Origin: Dudresnaya verticillata
Taxonomy: Eukaryota
Direction: 5' to 3'
Assembly (NCBI GenBank): GCA_977862235.1
Contig: OZ374559.1
Span: 2,666,001-2,730,000, forward strand
Length of the DNA stretch: 64,000 nucleotides
The position numbers were made by a program, and so were the translations under genes. The notes beneath the pieces were generated by a model, which was given only the letters and a program-made list of their open reading frames with translations, was not told where the DNA came from and searched no databases. The stretch's first letter is position 1; each line of letters opens with the position of its first letter. This document shows, piece after piece, positions 21,112 to 33,607 of this stretch.

Positions 21112-24100
21112 GACGAACAAGATGACACGACAGGGGGTAAACGACAGTGGCAAGAACAACGAGTGGAAACAAACAGGATCAAGGGGAAAACGAGAGACGG
21201 AAACACCACGAAAGGCGAAGAAACCCCTCGCGAGCTGCCGGCGCAAATACGGCAGAGCCGCAGTTGCAGAGCTCCGCACAGTCACGCTAGAAGGAGGGGA
21301 AGAAGTAGAGACAAACAGCGAGGAAAACAAGCCTGGGGTTCCCAAAGGAGCAGAAAACGCCAGTAAGCAGAGGACTCTAATCCGGAGAAGAGCCTTGTTT
21401 CGCTTTTTGACGTTAATTTTGACACCGAGATATCTGGCAGTCGCTCGCAGCCAGTTCCATGCGTTGTCCCGCAATTCTTAAAACTGTCGAGCTTGGGCCT
21501 TCGCGATGTCTGCTGAGCAGGAGGATACAGCATTTCCCTACTGACCAAGTCATTCATTCCGATAGAAGCGGCCCGTTCTTCATAGACGGCGAGGGCCTTT
21601 CGCAAGGCGGCGGCCGATCAGCACACTTTGTGAGACATTCGTCGATCACGTTTCATCCGCCGCTCGAGTTTGGGCTGTAGAACATGGCGTGAGCAGGGGT
21701 GGAAACCTTCAAGCCAGTCGACAAACACCATGCTGAGATTGCTTTTTCTCTCTAGTTGCGGGTAGAGAACCAGGCGGGATTGCGTGCGTTCAAGTCTCCC
21801 GCAAGGAATTTCTTGCCGTGCGTGAGTGGTTTTAAATCATGCAGTTCCGCAGGCATCTCAACTGGGTTTGCTCGAGGGCTAATGTGTGTACCCATAATGT
21901 CTCCAAAGACTGAGATGTTCACGCATACAAGCCGGTACAGTGAATGTTGGACCGGGAGTTGTGGTTTGCTTTGTGTGTACCGTAGAGTAGCTCAAAGCTA
22001 GGGGCCGGCGACGATGGCCACGCCGCCAAGCGCCTTGTTCCTTGTTACTGCACGGGAGGCGGGGAGGAGGTCGCCAAGTCAAGCCAAGGGCCCCTTGTTC
22101 TTGCACGGGAGGCAGGGAGGGGGAATGTCGGGTGTGGAACCTGCCACACTCCCGAAGCCGTCGCTTGCATATAGCGTAGTATGCCGGTATGTTTCCCGGT
22201 TAAAATGCGTAGGTCGGGGTTGGCTGTGGTGGGGAGTTCCATGAAGTCAGGTGGAGTGAAGTGGAGTTTAATCCTGACATTCCAGGTGCCTACCAGCGTT
22301 AGGTTTCCATACTGTCATTTTTGGAAGATGCTTAGGGTATTGGTGTGCTTTCTTCTCCGAGGGCGATTCTGCGTGTCGTTCAACACTGTGGGGCGTGGAG
22401 TGGGGCGCAGTGTTGGAGTCCAGTATTTTCTGCAACACATACCCGTTTGGTTCCATCGGGTCCATCAGCTTCCAGTGCCTAGCTGAACGTTGCGGTGGGT
22501 TTCCAATGCAGTGCATTGGTTGACTGGGCGGCTGGAGTGACGATGTAGAAAGTGCACGGTCTCGCCCGTCTCGGTCGATTTCCTGTACGTACTTACATGC
22601 GTTCTGGCAGGCAGCAGCGAGTAAACGAGGTAGCGATTGGTACACATTCGCGGTGCGGGTGGGGAGTGAGCATAGTAATATCGGACCTGCGGTGAACAGC
22701 AGCAATTTTCGTCCTCGCGGCCCGAACTGCTTGGTGGGCCTACTTGTCTAGTTTAAGACCAGTGGTCGGCGTTATCCTGATCTCCAGTACGGTGGGGCGG
22801 TCGGTAGGCAGTATTGTAGTGTTGAAGGGCAGTGGGGCTTGTTGGGATGTCTGAATAGAGCACGTAGATTTCGCAGTCGTAACGCTGGCATGTATTCAGT
22901 GGGCTGACCGATGACGCGGTGGGAAACCTTGAGTTCAATGAGTCCATTTGAGCTACTAGATGTTGCATAGGCAGGGTTACCACCAACGTGCTTACTCGGC
23001 GACAGGGCTGAGAAATGTTCTGCAGATATGTTGACCAGTACTTGGAGCCATGCGGGAGGAAATGTGAAGCGCACCGGCGAAGTCGCGGAGGGTTTGTTCG
23101 GCTTTCTTCACGCGTACTACAGTTTCGGTTTTGCCGGTCCCACCCGGTGATAATTCCACTCTGAGTTATTTTCTTTCGCAGCGGTTTCCATGCGTTGTCG
23201 CGCCATTCGAAGAACCCAGCATATTGGTAGTACTCAATGTCTTGTTTGGAGAAGGGCTAAGCAGTTCCTTACTAACCAAGTCATTCCACTGGAAGCCGTC
23301 CATGGGCTGCAGATGGTGAGGGCCTTCCGCAAATCTTCTGTCTAGTCGACTTGTAGTAGGCAGCCATAGGCCAGCAGGTCCTGGGGATTGTGCTACAAAC
23401 TTCTCAGTAAGTTTGAGAGTCTGGAAGGGAAAGGAACGACCTAATCGATGCGAAAGTCGGGGTGGGAGTGGGAGCGAGCTACTTCTTGTAGTAATGCGGG
23501 ATCTCTTCGACAGTTTTTCTTTCACAGAACCGCTTCCTTTAACGTTACCAGTCGGGTATTGCCGCAGAATTTAAGCTCTGCCGAGAGTCGCAGTAATGGT
23601 ATCAGCGCGGGTTGAGGTGCTGGGACCCCCAGCGTGATTGCCCTCAGAAAAAGGGAGCGGAACGCCAGGCTTGCGACTCATGTCGAACCTTGGCAATTGA
23701 GGCAAAATTGGACGACGACAAGCGCGGTCCTGCCCGTACGGAAAAAAGGGTGTGATGCGGAACGAAGGGGTGCTGGGAGGCAGGATAGACGTCGGGTTGA
23801 GGGGGTATTGACCGGCCCAAACCAGTTTGAGTTTGGAAACTGGGTATGCAGAGAAGACAATAATTTCTTATTGCTTCACCCATGCCCAATGAATGGACGA
23901 CCGTTGCCAGTTGTTCAACAACAGATGTACAACAGATGTAGTCCCTGAGAGCTCCAGGTCTTGAAATGGGCGTGGGGCATCCGCGGTAGATTCAGCTTGG
24001 GACCAGTACTATAGGCATAACGCAGTGGAAGTCGGTTTAGTAGCTGGAGGATTGGCTGCTGAAGTCTTAGGGGCCTCGACAAGGCTGGAAGCGCACGGTA

Positions 24101-24879
24101 TATCGCCACATCCCGATGTGTGATTCTTGTCCGACCCGAATCCATTGTCGCGAGTTGCGTTCTTCGATAGGAGCGTAGGATTTCGATTCGCAAGTTGGAG
24201 TGAGGGTTGGCCTGATGATGTTCATTCGATCTGCCAGTCGGAGGGGGGCTTAACTTACTCTCGGCCTTGTCATGTTTGGCCTCGAAGATGGGGCGCCTGG
24301 GGTAGGGTACTTGCCGTCTTCTACATACGGCGGGGCATTTGGTGATGGAGGTACGGCCGGTGGACGCAGGGTTTTTTGGAAGAAAAACTTCGATGATGCT
24401 GCAGTGACTACAAGTGCAACGTCGAAGATTGCGTTCGGCTGTCAAAGCCCATTTCTCGACCAGTCGCAGATCCGAGCTGTAAGCATACGAACATTCTGTT
24501 TTTGTGACAAATTTCTGAGCCAAGTTTAACCAACGCGCCTTTTCCGATCTCCCGCCGCCGCCATCGACAAACCGAAACAGACGAATTCCCGCCACCGAAC
24601 ATCAAACCCGTCGGCTGCGTTGGCGAAGACCCTGTTCCCGCCTACGCCCCTCGCCCCATACAGTATAAACATTCGATCCGCCGCCCTCCCCTTCTCAAGC
24701 GCTCCACCCACGCCATCACTAGCGCCAACGCAACCGCCAACACCACCTCTACCCTTCGACGAAAGCCCACCCCACCATTCCCCCTCCGACCAACCCTTCC
24801 ACACTCCCCCAAACAAGCCATCTCCATGCATACTTGGCACTCGATCAACTCTGTCCCAGCCGCCCCCTCATCGACTGCA

Positions 24880-27472
24880 ATGAACCCGTCCGCAAATCAA
24901 CAGCAGCTGCGTATCTACACTGGCGCCAGCTTCCCGCCAGCCAGTCCTGCGATGCCAGAAGTTAACCCCGCACCGATGCCTTTGACGCAGCCTGCTCCAA
25001 TGCATAATGCACTTGCATTTCCCGCTCATCATGCTCACCACGCTCCGACCATGTTCATGTCGCCGTTCCACGGCGTCCCGCAAGCAATGCCGACTTCTTC
25101 TGCGCCGATTTTGACTCCGGCTCGGCAGCAAGCACCACAGCAAGCACCGCAGCAGTGGGCAACCGCCACAGCCTTCGCTTCAAGCTCTCAGTGGAAGCAG
25201 GCCGCAACCCCCGGTGCAACGACTGGGTCTTATCACGGACTCGTGCCGACGTCCGATCCCATGCAGGCGCAAGCCGGTTATGCCCATCCGTCAGCGTCAG
25301 CTGATTTCGGGGCTCCGACTTCCTGGAACATCTATTCTGGTTATGCTTACGCGAATGACGCAACTATTCTCCCTGTGCATGCTGCAGAGCACTATCAGAC
25401 AGATGCTTTTCCCGAGTGTTATCGCAGTGCCAATTCGGGTGAAGCGGCAACACCCTACAGTGTCTATGTCCCCATGCATCAGAACTATCAGAACTACAGC
25501 CTAAACGGCTTTGAAGGAAATGGCTACGGCACCGGAGAGGCCATGGTGGCATACGGTCCTGATCACTTCCAAGCCCAACAGGTCCCGCCCGTTTCTCAGC
25601 CGCTGGATGCCGTGACTGAGCCCATTGGCGCTACTTCAACATGTTCTAACCCCGGTTCAGGAGCTCACGTGTCAACGAACCAGGAGCCCTACCACGGTCT
25701 TCAAGTTCCCAAGGTGGACTTCTTCGGTAATGTCGCTGGTCAAGAGGGCAACTTCAACTGCAGAGGAGATGCAGACACAGGAACTTGCCGGTCTGCTGGC
25801 ATCTTCGAAGATAAGAGTGTGAGAGTAAGTCAGCAGAGTATGGCAACTTCACATGTGGCATTGGATACAAGCAAAGGAGATGTGAATGTTGACCCCAAAA
25901 ATATTTTGGAGCCAGTGCATCGAACCGCTGATATCCGTGGCAAGACTTCCGTTTCTGTGTCGGACAAGGGGATTGCAGACCACCATCAGCCGAGAGGTTT
26001 TGCTTCTGCAAAAAGGCAGCAGAAGAACCAGGCTCATACGAAACAATTAATGATGCCGGGAGCCTTGCAATTCGGGAACTTCATTGTAGAGAAGGTTCCT
26101 GGGTCCAGACCCTTCCGACGTGGGCGCTTTGATTCACCCACCTCACCTCTCTTGTACTTCAATCTGTCGCGGTGGCTGTTAACTGCCGTTTACTCTTCGA
26201 CCGTCGCCTTTCAGATGAGTTTTAGATAAGCCCCCTTACGGGGCTGTAGTCTTTCCTATGCATAAAGGTCTCCATCTTTTTCTTGATTTTTCAGCCTTCA
26301 AGGTTCATGGGCTTGGTAACAAAGAAACAGATTTGCGCACATCGCCTCTACGGAGCGCGAGCGCTTTCATATCTAACACAAGCACAGCCAGGAAGAGGGC
26401 TGGTAAGAAAAAGGTTAGAAAGGGAAAGCAGGGAATGAATTCTTTCTCTGCCGACGCAACTGCACCAGTCACTCACAAGAACAAGTCTCATATGCTTCCA
26501 GTCTCAGAGAAGAAAGAACGCGTTCAAGTTCCCTCTTCCGGTCAGAACTCTTCAAGACGTATCCAATCTACCTCGAGGCCTCCATCTGTACAGTCGGCAA
26601 AGGAGGCGAAGAGTTCATCTCCAGTTCATCTTAGGAAGCAGAACCTGAGAGTAGAAAGTGGCATCGATGCGGTTGAGCAATCCGCTCAACTTCCAGGAGA
26701 ATCTTGGGCTACGGTTGCCATGAAATTTCCTTCGGGTAACTTCAGTCAGTCTGTATCGAATACTGCTGCTGCGAAGGGTGGTAGAGACAAGGATATACCG
26801 AAGCTAGACACAATTTCGCCTAGAGTGGCCCGAGTTCCGGGAAAGAGAGAGCATCAGAAACACGGCACTGTTCCAGACTCCGGAGCGTCTGGTCAAATGA
26901 GCCGCTCGGAAATCGTGAGTGAAATGCTGGCGAGTCTCGACATGACTTCTAACATCATCCGCCAGAGCGCCAGAACACTTCCAAGTAGCACGGCTACTGC
27001 TTCGAATCCCGAGAAACATTCTGCACACAGCAATATTTCTGCCTCGTCGCAGAACGAAGTTCCGATTTCGCTGCAAGGAAAAGAAGAAACCAAGAGGGTC
27101 TCGGAAGTGGATCGAGCATATGTAGGGAAGAAGGGCAGTGACTATCGTATAAGCGACACGAAGAAAGGAAGTAATTTCTTGGCTTCAGATATGACTTCGA
27201 AGCTCTCCAAGGGTACTGGAAAAGTGGTCGCTCCTACCAAAAAGACCGCTGTAGCCGCGGACGAGAAGAACTGTAATGCGGGAGGGGGCCTGCCCTTGGG
27301 TAGAGAACCTCAGAATGACGGAGTTAACTCCACCGTTAGTACCCCCACGCCTGCTGCCGAAGATGGATCCCGCCTTGCGGAGAAGGACGCGCTTGCGCGG
27401 ACTGATGGGGATGGTTTCACTATTGTCCGACGAAAGAGGAAGCCAATGAGGAAGAGACATCTTAAAGCCTAA
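24880..27472 (+). pseudogene. Low-complexity protein copy B, interrupted by a retro-insertion
   Basis: ORFs 24826..26229 and 26258..27472 join into one 813-codon frame once 154 bp (insert plus one TSD) are removed. Copy A has the empty site (RGRFDFSAF). Confidence 0.7.
26135..26282 (+). mobile_element. 5'-truncated CRE-like insertion with 6-bp TSD
   Basis: TTGATT at 26129-26134 and 26283-26288. Encodes LTSLVLQSVAVAVN (compare LLSLVLQCVAVSVN). Ends GCCCCCTTACGGGGCT...ATAAAGGTCTCCATCT. Confidence 0.85.
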
Positions 27473-28386
27473 TTTTCACTTGGGAGAGAAGTAGAACTTT
27501 AATCATTCGTGAAAGAAGGCCTGGGATATGCCCTCAAGAAGAGGACAAATCGAGGCCACGACAGTGAATGTTCATGAGAGAGAGGGGTACTTTATTCGTC
27601 AGAGCGAGAGATATAGCGGTAATGTGGAGAACCTGTGAACCGAGCTTGGTGAAGAGGACATCGCGTTCCATTACTAGCGAGGTGCCCCGGCGAGCAAAAA
27701 TAAAGTCTGTAACATCCCGCCGACTAGCCTCGAAACCGGGACCGAGGGTTCCGTAATTGTCCGCTGCAAGGGGGTGGAAGTCGGCACCTAACGCGAGGCA
27801 AGCGCAGTTGACTTTGCAACGATTGCACCGTTCAGCAACCTGAAGAGCATGTCGGGGAACGCCCGGTATTGCAAACAGAATGGGGGCTGACGATCGTGAC
27901 GTCAAACATCTGGGGATGCGGAGAGAGGAAGGGGTGAGACGTAGAGGTCTAATAGCCGCTGCCGCTGTAAGCCCTGGTGGAAAGGGAACTCTCGAGGGGA
28001 TCGCGAAAGCCGTTATGGCGCGTCGTACTGACTTGTGACATTACCACTGTCCAATAGCTGCCATTAGGGCCCGGGGATGGCGCAAGCGACAATAGGTAGG
28101 GAATGTGTGAAAAGCTGGAAGGCTCGGAGAGGGGAGGACCGAGGGAGACTTGGAGACGAATCCCGGGCGTCGTGAGAAAACCAGCACTGTGTGCCCCCAC
28201 GACAACTTGCCGTCTTTGTGATTTGCCCGGTGTTGCAGTTGCGGAAGGTCCGGTTTATCCCGTGGTAAATTTAAGTTCATCGCCAACGTAGATATTGTTA
28301 AACTTTACTCAACTTGGGTTTGAGTGTGTCGAATTCGGAAGCTGGTAGAGCGTCGGATACCACTGCCAATATTATCTTAAGGAAGG

Positions 28387-29577
28387 CTAGGCTTCCAATG
28401 TGAGGCTATCCCTCTCCATCAATAACGATTTCGCAGCTTCGCCTCCATGAATCATGCTGGAAACATTTTCTATTCTCTCTACGGGGCGACTTTGCGCCCT
28501 TCGAACCCTACCATAAAGGTCCCCATCTCTCTCTATTCTCTCTATAACAAATGCTCGGGCGATATCCGGCTGGCCCGAGAAAGCCTGAAGTGCAAATGCG
28601 TATTGTCTCAATGCCTCGTTCCAGGAACTGCTTTCGAACGCAAAGTCACCGCAGGTGACCGCAGCACAACCAGTTCGATGGGCAAGCACCGGGTCTCCCG
28701 TCATGTTGTATCCTCGCTTGAATATTTCCATGGAAGCTCGAAGCAATTGATATAAGGCCGAATGTATGCTTTCGGGAAAGATACTGTCGACCTGGGAGAT
28801 AATGTAGGATAGCCTAGATGCGGTTGCTCCTGTCTGATTTGGAAATGATCGGCATCGGTATGCAGAATTTCGCAACAGCATCAAGATCACGAGAAACTGT
28901 CCGTACGCCAGCAAGATTTCAGCACAGCCGATGGTTTCGCAAAGCCCCGCCGGTATTGAATTTTGCAGAGACGCTAACCGCTGGCTCGCTGGCGATCGGA
29001 GAGAGAGAAAATGCATTCGAAGCACCTCCTCAAACTGAGCGGCAGTTTCTGGTCCAAGGCAGTTGAGCACTGCGCTAATCGGGAGCTCGTAAGTGGAATG
29101 TTCCGCCAAGGAAGAGGAGTTCGGCTGTTCCTGTTGCGCTTGAACTTGAGAAGAGCTATACTGCGGCATTGCCTGCCCAGTGCTGTAGACCTGTTCATCA
29201 ATGTCATACGTGATGTTGTTTTGATGCATATGGGGCTCTGACTTGTAGGGAGCCAATGACTCATGAGGTGCTGCGGACGGGTTCCACTGAGAGTCTGGAG
29301 CCATGGCTTCAATGATTGTCGAATGAGGCAACACCTGTTGCTGACCCAGAGTCCATGTCGATGCAGAAGAAGCCGGAACGTCGTTCGGGAAATCATGGCC
29401 TAGCTGCATAAGCACGGCCGGAGCCGCATGGTGTGGCAATGCAGTTGTGTGCTGCATTGGGTGCGGCATCCACAATAGCGTTGGTATGGAGTTGACTTCT
29501 TGCATCGCAGCGGCGGCTTGCGGGAAGCCGGCGCCAGGGTAGATGTACGGCTGCTGCTGATTTGCAGAGGGATGCAT
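28387..29577 (-). CDS. Hypothetical protein; N-terminus paralogous to copies A/B, with a different, probably helical C-terminus
   Basis: 396-aa ORF beginning MHPSANQQQPYIYPGAGFPQA. Upstream DNA is also similar to copies A/B. PISAVLNCLGPETAAQF recurs as a fragment in ORF 32083..32412. Confidence 0.65.
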   Translation of the reverse strand: MHPSANQQQPYIYPGAGFPQAAAAMQEVNSIPTLLWMPHPMQHTTALPHHAAPAVLMQLGHDFPNDVPASSASTWTLGQQQVLPHSTIIEAMAPDSQWNPSAAPHESLAPYKSEPHMHQNNITYDIDEQVYSTGQAMPQYSSSQVQAQQEQPNSSSLAEHSTYELPISAVLNCLGPETAAQFEEVLRMHFLSLRSPASQRLASLQNSIPAGLCETIGCAEILLAYGQFLVILMLLRNSAYRCRSFPNQTGATASRLSYIISQVDSIFPESIHSALYQLLRASMEIFKRGYNMTGDPVLAHRTGCAAVTCGDFAFESSSWNEALRQYAFALQAFSGQPDIARAFVIERIERDGDLYGRVRRAQSRPVERIENVSSMIHGGEAAKSLLMERDSLTLEA

Positions 29578-29835
29578 TGCAGTCGATAAGGGCGTAGTGG
29601 GGACCGCGTTGACCGAGCGCTGAGTCAGCGGGTAGATTGGTTGTTTGGGGAGTGGGTAGGTGTTGGTTGGAGGGAGAATTGAGGGGGTGGGCTTGCGCTG
29701 CAGGTGGCGTTGGGAGTTCGGTTGGCGCTAGTGAAGGTGTGGGTGGAGCGGTTGACGAGGAGCGGGTGTTCGGTGCGAACGGTTATATGGAGTGGGAGCG
29801 AGGGGCTTAGGCGGGAACACGGTCGTCTCCAATGA

Positions 29836-29888
29836 GTATCCAGTAGGGATGCTCTAGCTTTATGCTTTCGTAAAGTGACGTTTACCCC
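29836..29888 (+). mobile_element. 53-bp 3'-end-only retro-insertion with 7-bp TSD
   Basis: CCAATGA at 29829-29835 and 29889-29895. The insert is nearly identical to the 3' UTR at about 62675-62728. Confidence 0.8.
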
Positions 29889-31704
29889 CCAATGAAGCTG
29901 CCGGGTTCGATGTTGCTCGGTGGCGGTAATTCGGTGTTCGGGTTGGGGGCGCCCGAAATGGGGAAGCTTGAAGTTTGTAAAGCCGTTTCGAGCAAGATTC
30001 CGTCCAATTGCATATCCTTCGAAGCTTACTGCCGGAAATCGATGTCCCGACGCATTCTTGCGGTCGACGATCACCACGGCTTTCCAGTCGCTCACGTTTG
30101 TTGAAGCAACAAACGAAACCCAAGAGAGACGCAGATATAGATGACAGACAGGTTCTGTCTAATACAACACAGCAGTCGTTGACCTTGGGCCGACCTCATC
30201 TGAACATATTCGCAAACTATGTGGATGAGGGGTTCCAGCTAGACTGGATTGTACCTCTGTGTGATTGAGAGCGGAGGAGAGGGAAACGTGGCTTTTCTCG
30301 GGAACGGATAGGAGCAGAGCAAAACAGAACCAAAACGCAATGCACACCTAGTGAAACCCAATAGCACGCCTTGAAGATATACATTCGTTGTTCCTCCTTC
30401 CAATGCGATAGTGTGCTGGCTCATAGGTCTTTGTTACCGATGCCGGTGCACTCAAAACCGTCCTATAAAGTTTAATATCACATAGTGAAAACAGTAACCA
30501 TAAGAGAGATGTACTTTATTCAGCGAGATGCCAGTAGCCCCATAAGGGGGCTTGGCAAAGATCAGGGCCTAGACAAGAGTCAAACAGCTTACGCCGATTA
30601 ATAGCCACGGCAGTAACTATATAGTTTATCTCCAGAAACCAAGAGAACAAGCACTTCAAAAGAGTACTTCCCCCTCTTTGTGCCGCCATTAATTGCCATA
30701 TCGCCATCACGAGTAACAGGCACTGCCTCAACTCGCCACTTGCAGACGACTCAAATTTTCCTTGGAGTACTAGTGCGAACGGGCCGCCACCTTTGCACTT
30801 TGATGCTAGCTTTCGCCACACGATACGTCTATCGCGCCTTCATATGGCCCTTTTCGAACCATGGCGAGGCACTTGTACGCCTTATACTGTGAAACATGAT
30901 GCTCAGAATCGAGCTACTGATTTTGCAGCGCACTCTATCCGATTAGTATGGTTGGGTACTGTTGCATGTCAGATTCATATCGGTACGGGTGAGACCTGTT
31001 GCATGTCAACTTCCTACCTGTGCTGATTAGTTGTAGATACACTTTCCCTTTGTAATGTTTAGGACTTAAGCGAGTACTCTACACTCTTCCCAATAATGGC
31101 AGACGATATGTGTCCGCTCCGAAGTAAAACCTTTCCCGTCTGTTTCCTGATACCGCTACCGTGATACCGTCAACCCCCTTTTCCAATATACGGTCCCTGC
31201 AACGCCCAATCGGCAAATTCGATGCCCAGCTCTTTCACTTGTGTATCTCTCAGTCCTCTCCTCTCCTTAGTGCCACATGACGGTGCAGAACCTGGACTCT
31301 TTTCCGGATAGAGCCCATAGGCCTGCACCAGCGCTCCCTGCAGAAAAGTGTTGTCAACGATCCCCGCCTCGTCTCCCTTCACCAGGTGGATCTCGCCGCT
31401 TGGTACGCAACACAGATGATCTTGCTCTTGAACAAAGGTCTCTCTCTCAGATAAATGAGAGACAACGTAGAATAGTCTTGATATGCTCGACCCACTCCCA
31501 CTTGAACGTGAACGGCTTCGGAGAGGGGGATCTATTTCTCAACTGCATCACCCACGATATACAGTCGTTGTTCCTCCTTCCCATGCAATAGTGTGCTGGC
31601 TCATAGGCCTTTTGTTGCCGATGCCGGTGCACTCAAAACCGTCCTATAAAGTTTAACATCACCCACGAGAGACACTCTCCATACGCGAGCAAGACATCAG
31701 AACA

Positions 31705-31871
31705 TTGCAGATACCTATTGAAGGTAGGCTCTTACGTAGGGAGTATCACAGCGCTACACCAAGAAAAGCCACGGAAGCGGCAATAGCTGGTTTAGTTTTG
31801 CTTGGACTGGCATGGAGGTCGTGGGATCGAGTCCCGCGGATGCGTGCTCGTGCGAAGCTTGGATAGTAGTC
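31705..31871 (+). repeat. Dispersed ~170-bp repeat with a tRNA-like part, copy 1
   Basis: Similar to 51303-51473; contains the T-arm-like GGTCGTGGGATCGAGTCCCGC. Confidence 0.65.
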
Positions 31872-33192
31872 GGCATAAAATGGGGTTACGATGCTTCATC
31901 GGTGTTTTATAGTCCAAAATCACTAGCGAGTAGGTAATGTACATTCTATGGAGGGCCATATTCTTCTTTCAGCACGCAATCTTAGACTACAGCCTGTCGC
32001 TCAGTTTGGGGAGGAAATTGGTATCTACCTTTCTTTCGTCCCTCGACAGGAAACAACGGAAATTTTGACACATCCTTGCGCACTACCTGAAGAGAGAGAT
32101 GGGGACATGGTTCCCTATCGACCGAATATAGAGAGGGTAGATACGAATATTCTTGTCAAACTGAGCGACAGTTTCTGGTCCAAGAAAGGAGCGCACTGCA
32201 TTAATTGGGAAACCCCCGTCTAGTATGTCCGGGGTCGGAACATGAACGGTTTCCTCCAATAGCTCCTCGAAGATCATCTCCTGTACTCCTGAAGAAGATG
32301 CAGAAATTACCTGCGGGTTGCTCACTCTATCTCGATGTCTCTTTGCGTTGTCCCCACGTGCAGTGATTCTAGGGAATTGGCGGCTTACTCTTGAAGTATC
32401 ATACGAGCTCAAAACGTGCCCTTTTACGTGGTAGCTTTCTTCGCGTTCTCCATGGCGTTCTGTTCAATGGCCATCTATGAGCTTGATACAGTATTTGTAC
32501 GAGTTAGGGTGTGAAAGAAATGATGTAATCGAGGTTCCATTGCTTCAGTTGAAGCGCAAGTCGGTGGTTAGGGAGTGGGAGCAAACTGCTTCCTGTCTGA
32601 ATGCGAGATCTCTCGGCAGGGTTTCTTTCAAATAGTTGATAAACGGTGAAGCGGGGTCTGCAGAATGAAGATGGGTATTGGCAGTATAAAGATGGAACAG
32701 TAGTCGAAGTATAAAAGTAGCTTTGGATGCTGTGGATGGATACTTTGGGCAGAAATGGATTGCTTGTCGAATCAATAATATGGACTGCAGTCCGCCACAC
32801 AGAATCAATGCGACGTAAAAAAGTGATGGGTGTCGTCGTCAACTGTACTTTTCTTCTACAGTAAGAACTGCAGTGCTACGGTAACAGTAAACTAGCAACG
32901 AATGCATTCCAAAACATACCCGTGCTAGTTGAAACGATAACAAATAGTTCTTCAAGCCGTGAACGATTTCAAATACAGAAAGCATTTTCCAAGCTGCGCA
33001 AGCTTGTAGCAGTTCAAAGTTACACAAAGAGCCACTTCCTGAGATACTTCCAGTCGGGTCTTACCCCTGGATTCAGCTCTGCCAAGAGTCACAGTAGTGG
33101 ATTTGCGCAGGATGAGTTTATGGAACCCCCCACTGTGATTAACCTTAGAGAAACGGAAGTGCAACTGTACAGGCTTTTGACCGATATCGGAC

Positions 33193-33594
33193 AATGAAAA
33201 CATTAATTGTCCTACGGTCGTATGCATACTGATTCAATCATTCTACAGTCGTATGCATACTGATGAAATGGATCTACAGTCGTATTAATACTGCAGATAC
33301 TATTCTACGGTCGTATTCATGCTGACGAACCATGTTTCTGTTTTATGTAGTTGTATTCACAATGGTTCTCAGTGAGCACTTTCTTCTAACTTTATTCAAC
33401 GGTCGTTTTACGTTTTAGAGGCAGTCTTCGCCTGCCTATAAGTACCGCCTAGTTCTCTCTTGTTCTACCCTCTCAACAGGACAACATTTTATCTAGACAA
33501 CACAATCTGATCTACTCTGTTCTGTAAATCTACTGTTCCTCTGATACCGCTGCTACTGCCAACTTGCTACTGAGCCAAATACCATTCCTTTATT
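33193..33594 (+). repeat. 5' LTR (AAT...ATT)
   Basis: Direct repeat of 38065-38466; three substitutions seen by eye. Confidence 0.95.
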
Positions 33595-33607
33595 GTTATG
33601 GGCCCAG
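33595..33607 (+). promoter_or_regulatory. Primer-binding site, half-tRNAiMet (Hemivirus) type
   Basis: GTTATGGGCCCAG directly follows the LTR and matches the Drosophila copia-type PBS. Confidence 0.8.

Larger units (their letters stand above)
16856..21360 (-). mobile_element. Two-ORF CRE-like (RLE) non-LTR retrotransposon
   Basis: The 5' boundary GCGTTTTCTGCTCC is shared with the copy at 63154. The 3' end is hairpin + AATAAAGGTCTCTC and is shared with copies at 42476 and 53163. Confidence 0.85.

Noticed and set aside
21112..21474. N-terminal extension of the 523-aa ORF1 call
   Set aside because: It starts at a non-ATG codon outside the shared element boundary (21360), and the second copy diverges there.
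10980..21480. Site-specific insertion of the RLE elements into rDNA, U2 snRNA, tRNA or spliced-leader genes
   Set aside because: No such gene is recognisable in the flanks, and the observed TSDs are unrelated to each other.
21480..23600. Possible degenerate 5' half of a LINE hosting the two-ORF element
   Set aside because: Only vague coding-like fragments; no motif I can support.
33212..33335. CRISPR-like repeat/spacer pattern
   Set aside because: Spacers are only 11 bp, the array is duplicated as part of both LTRs, and there are no cas genes.
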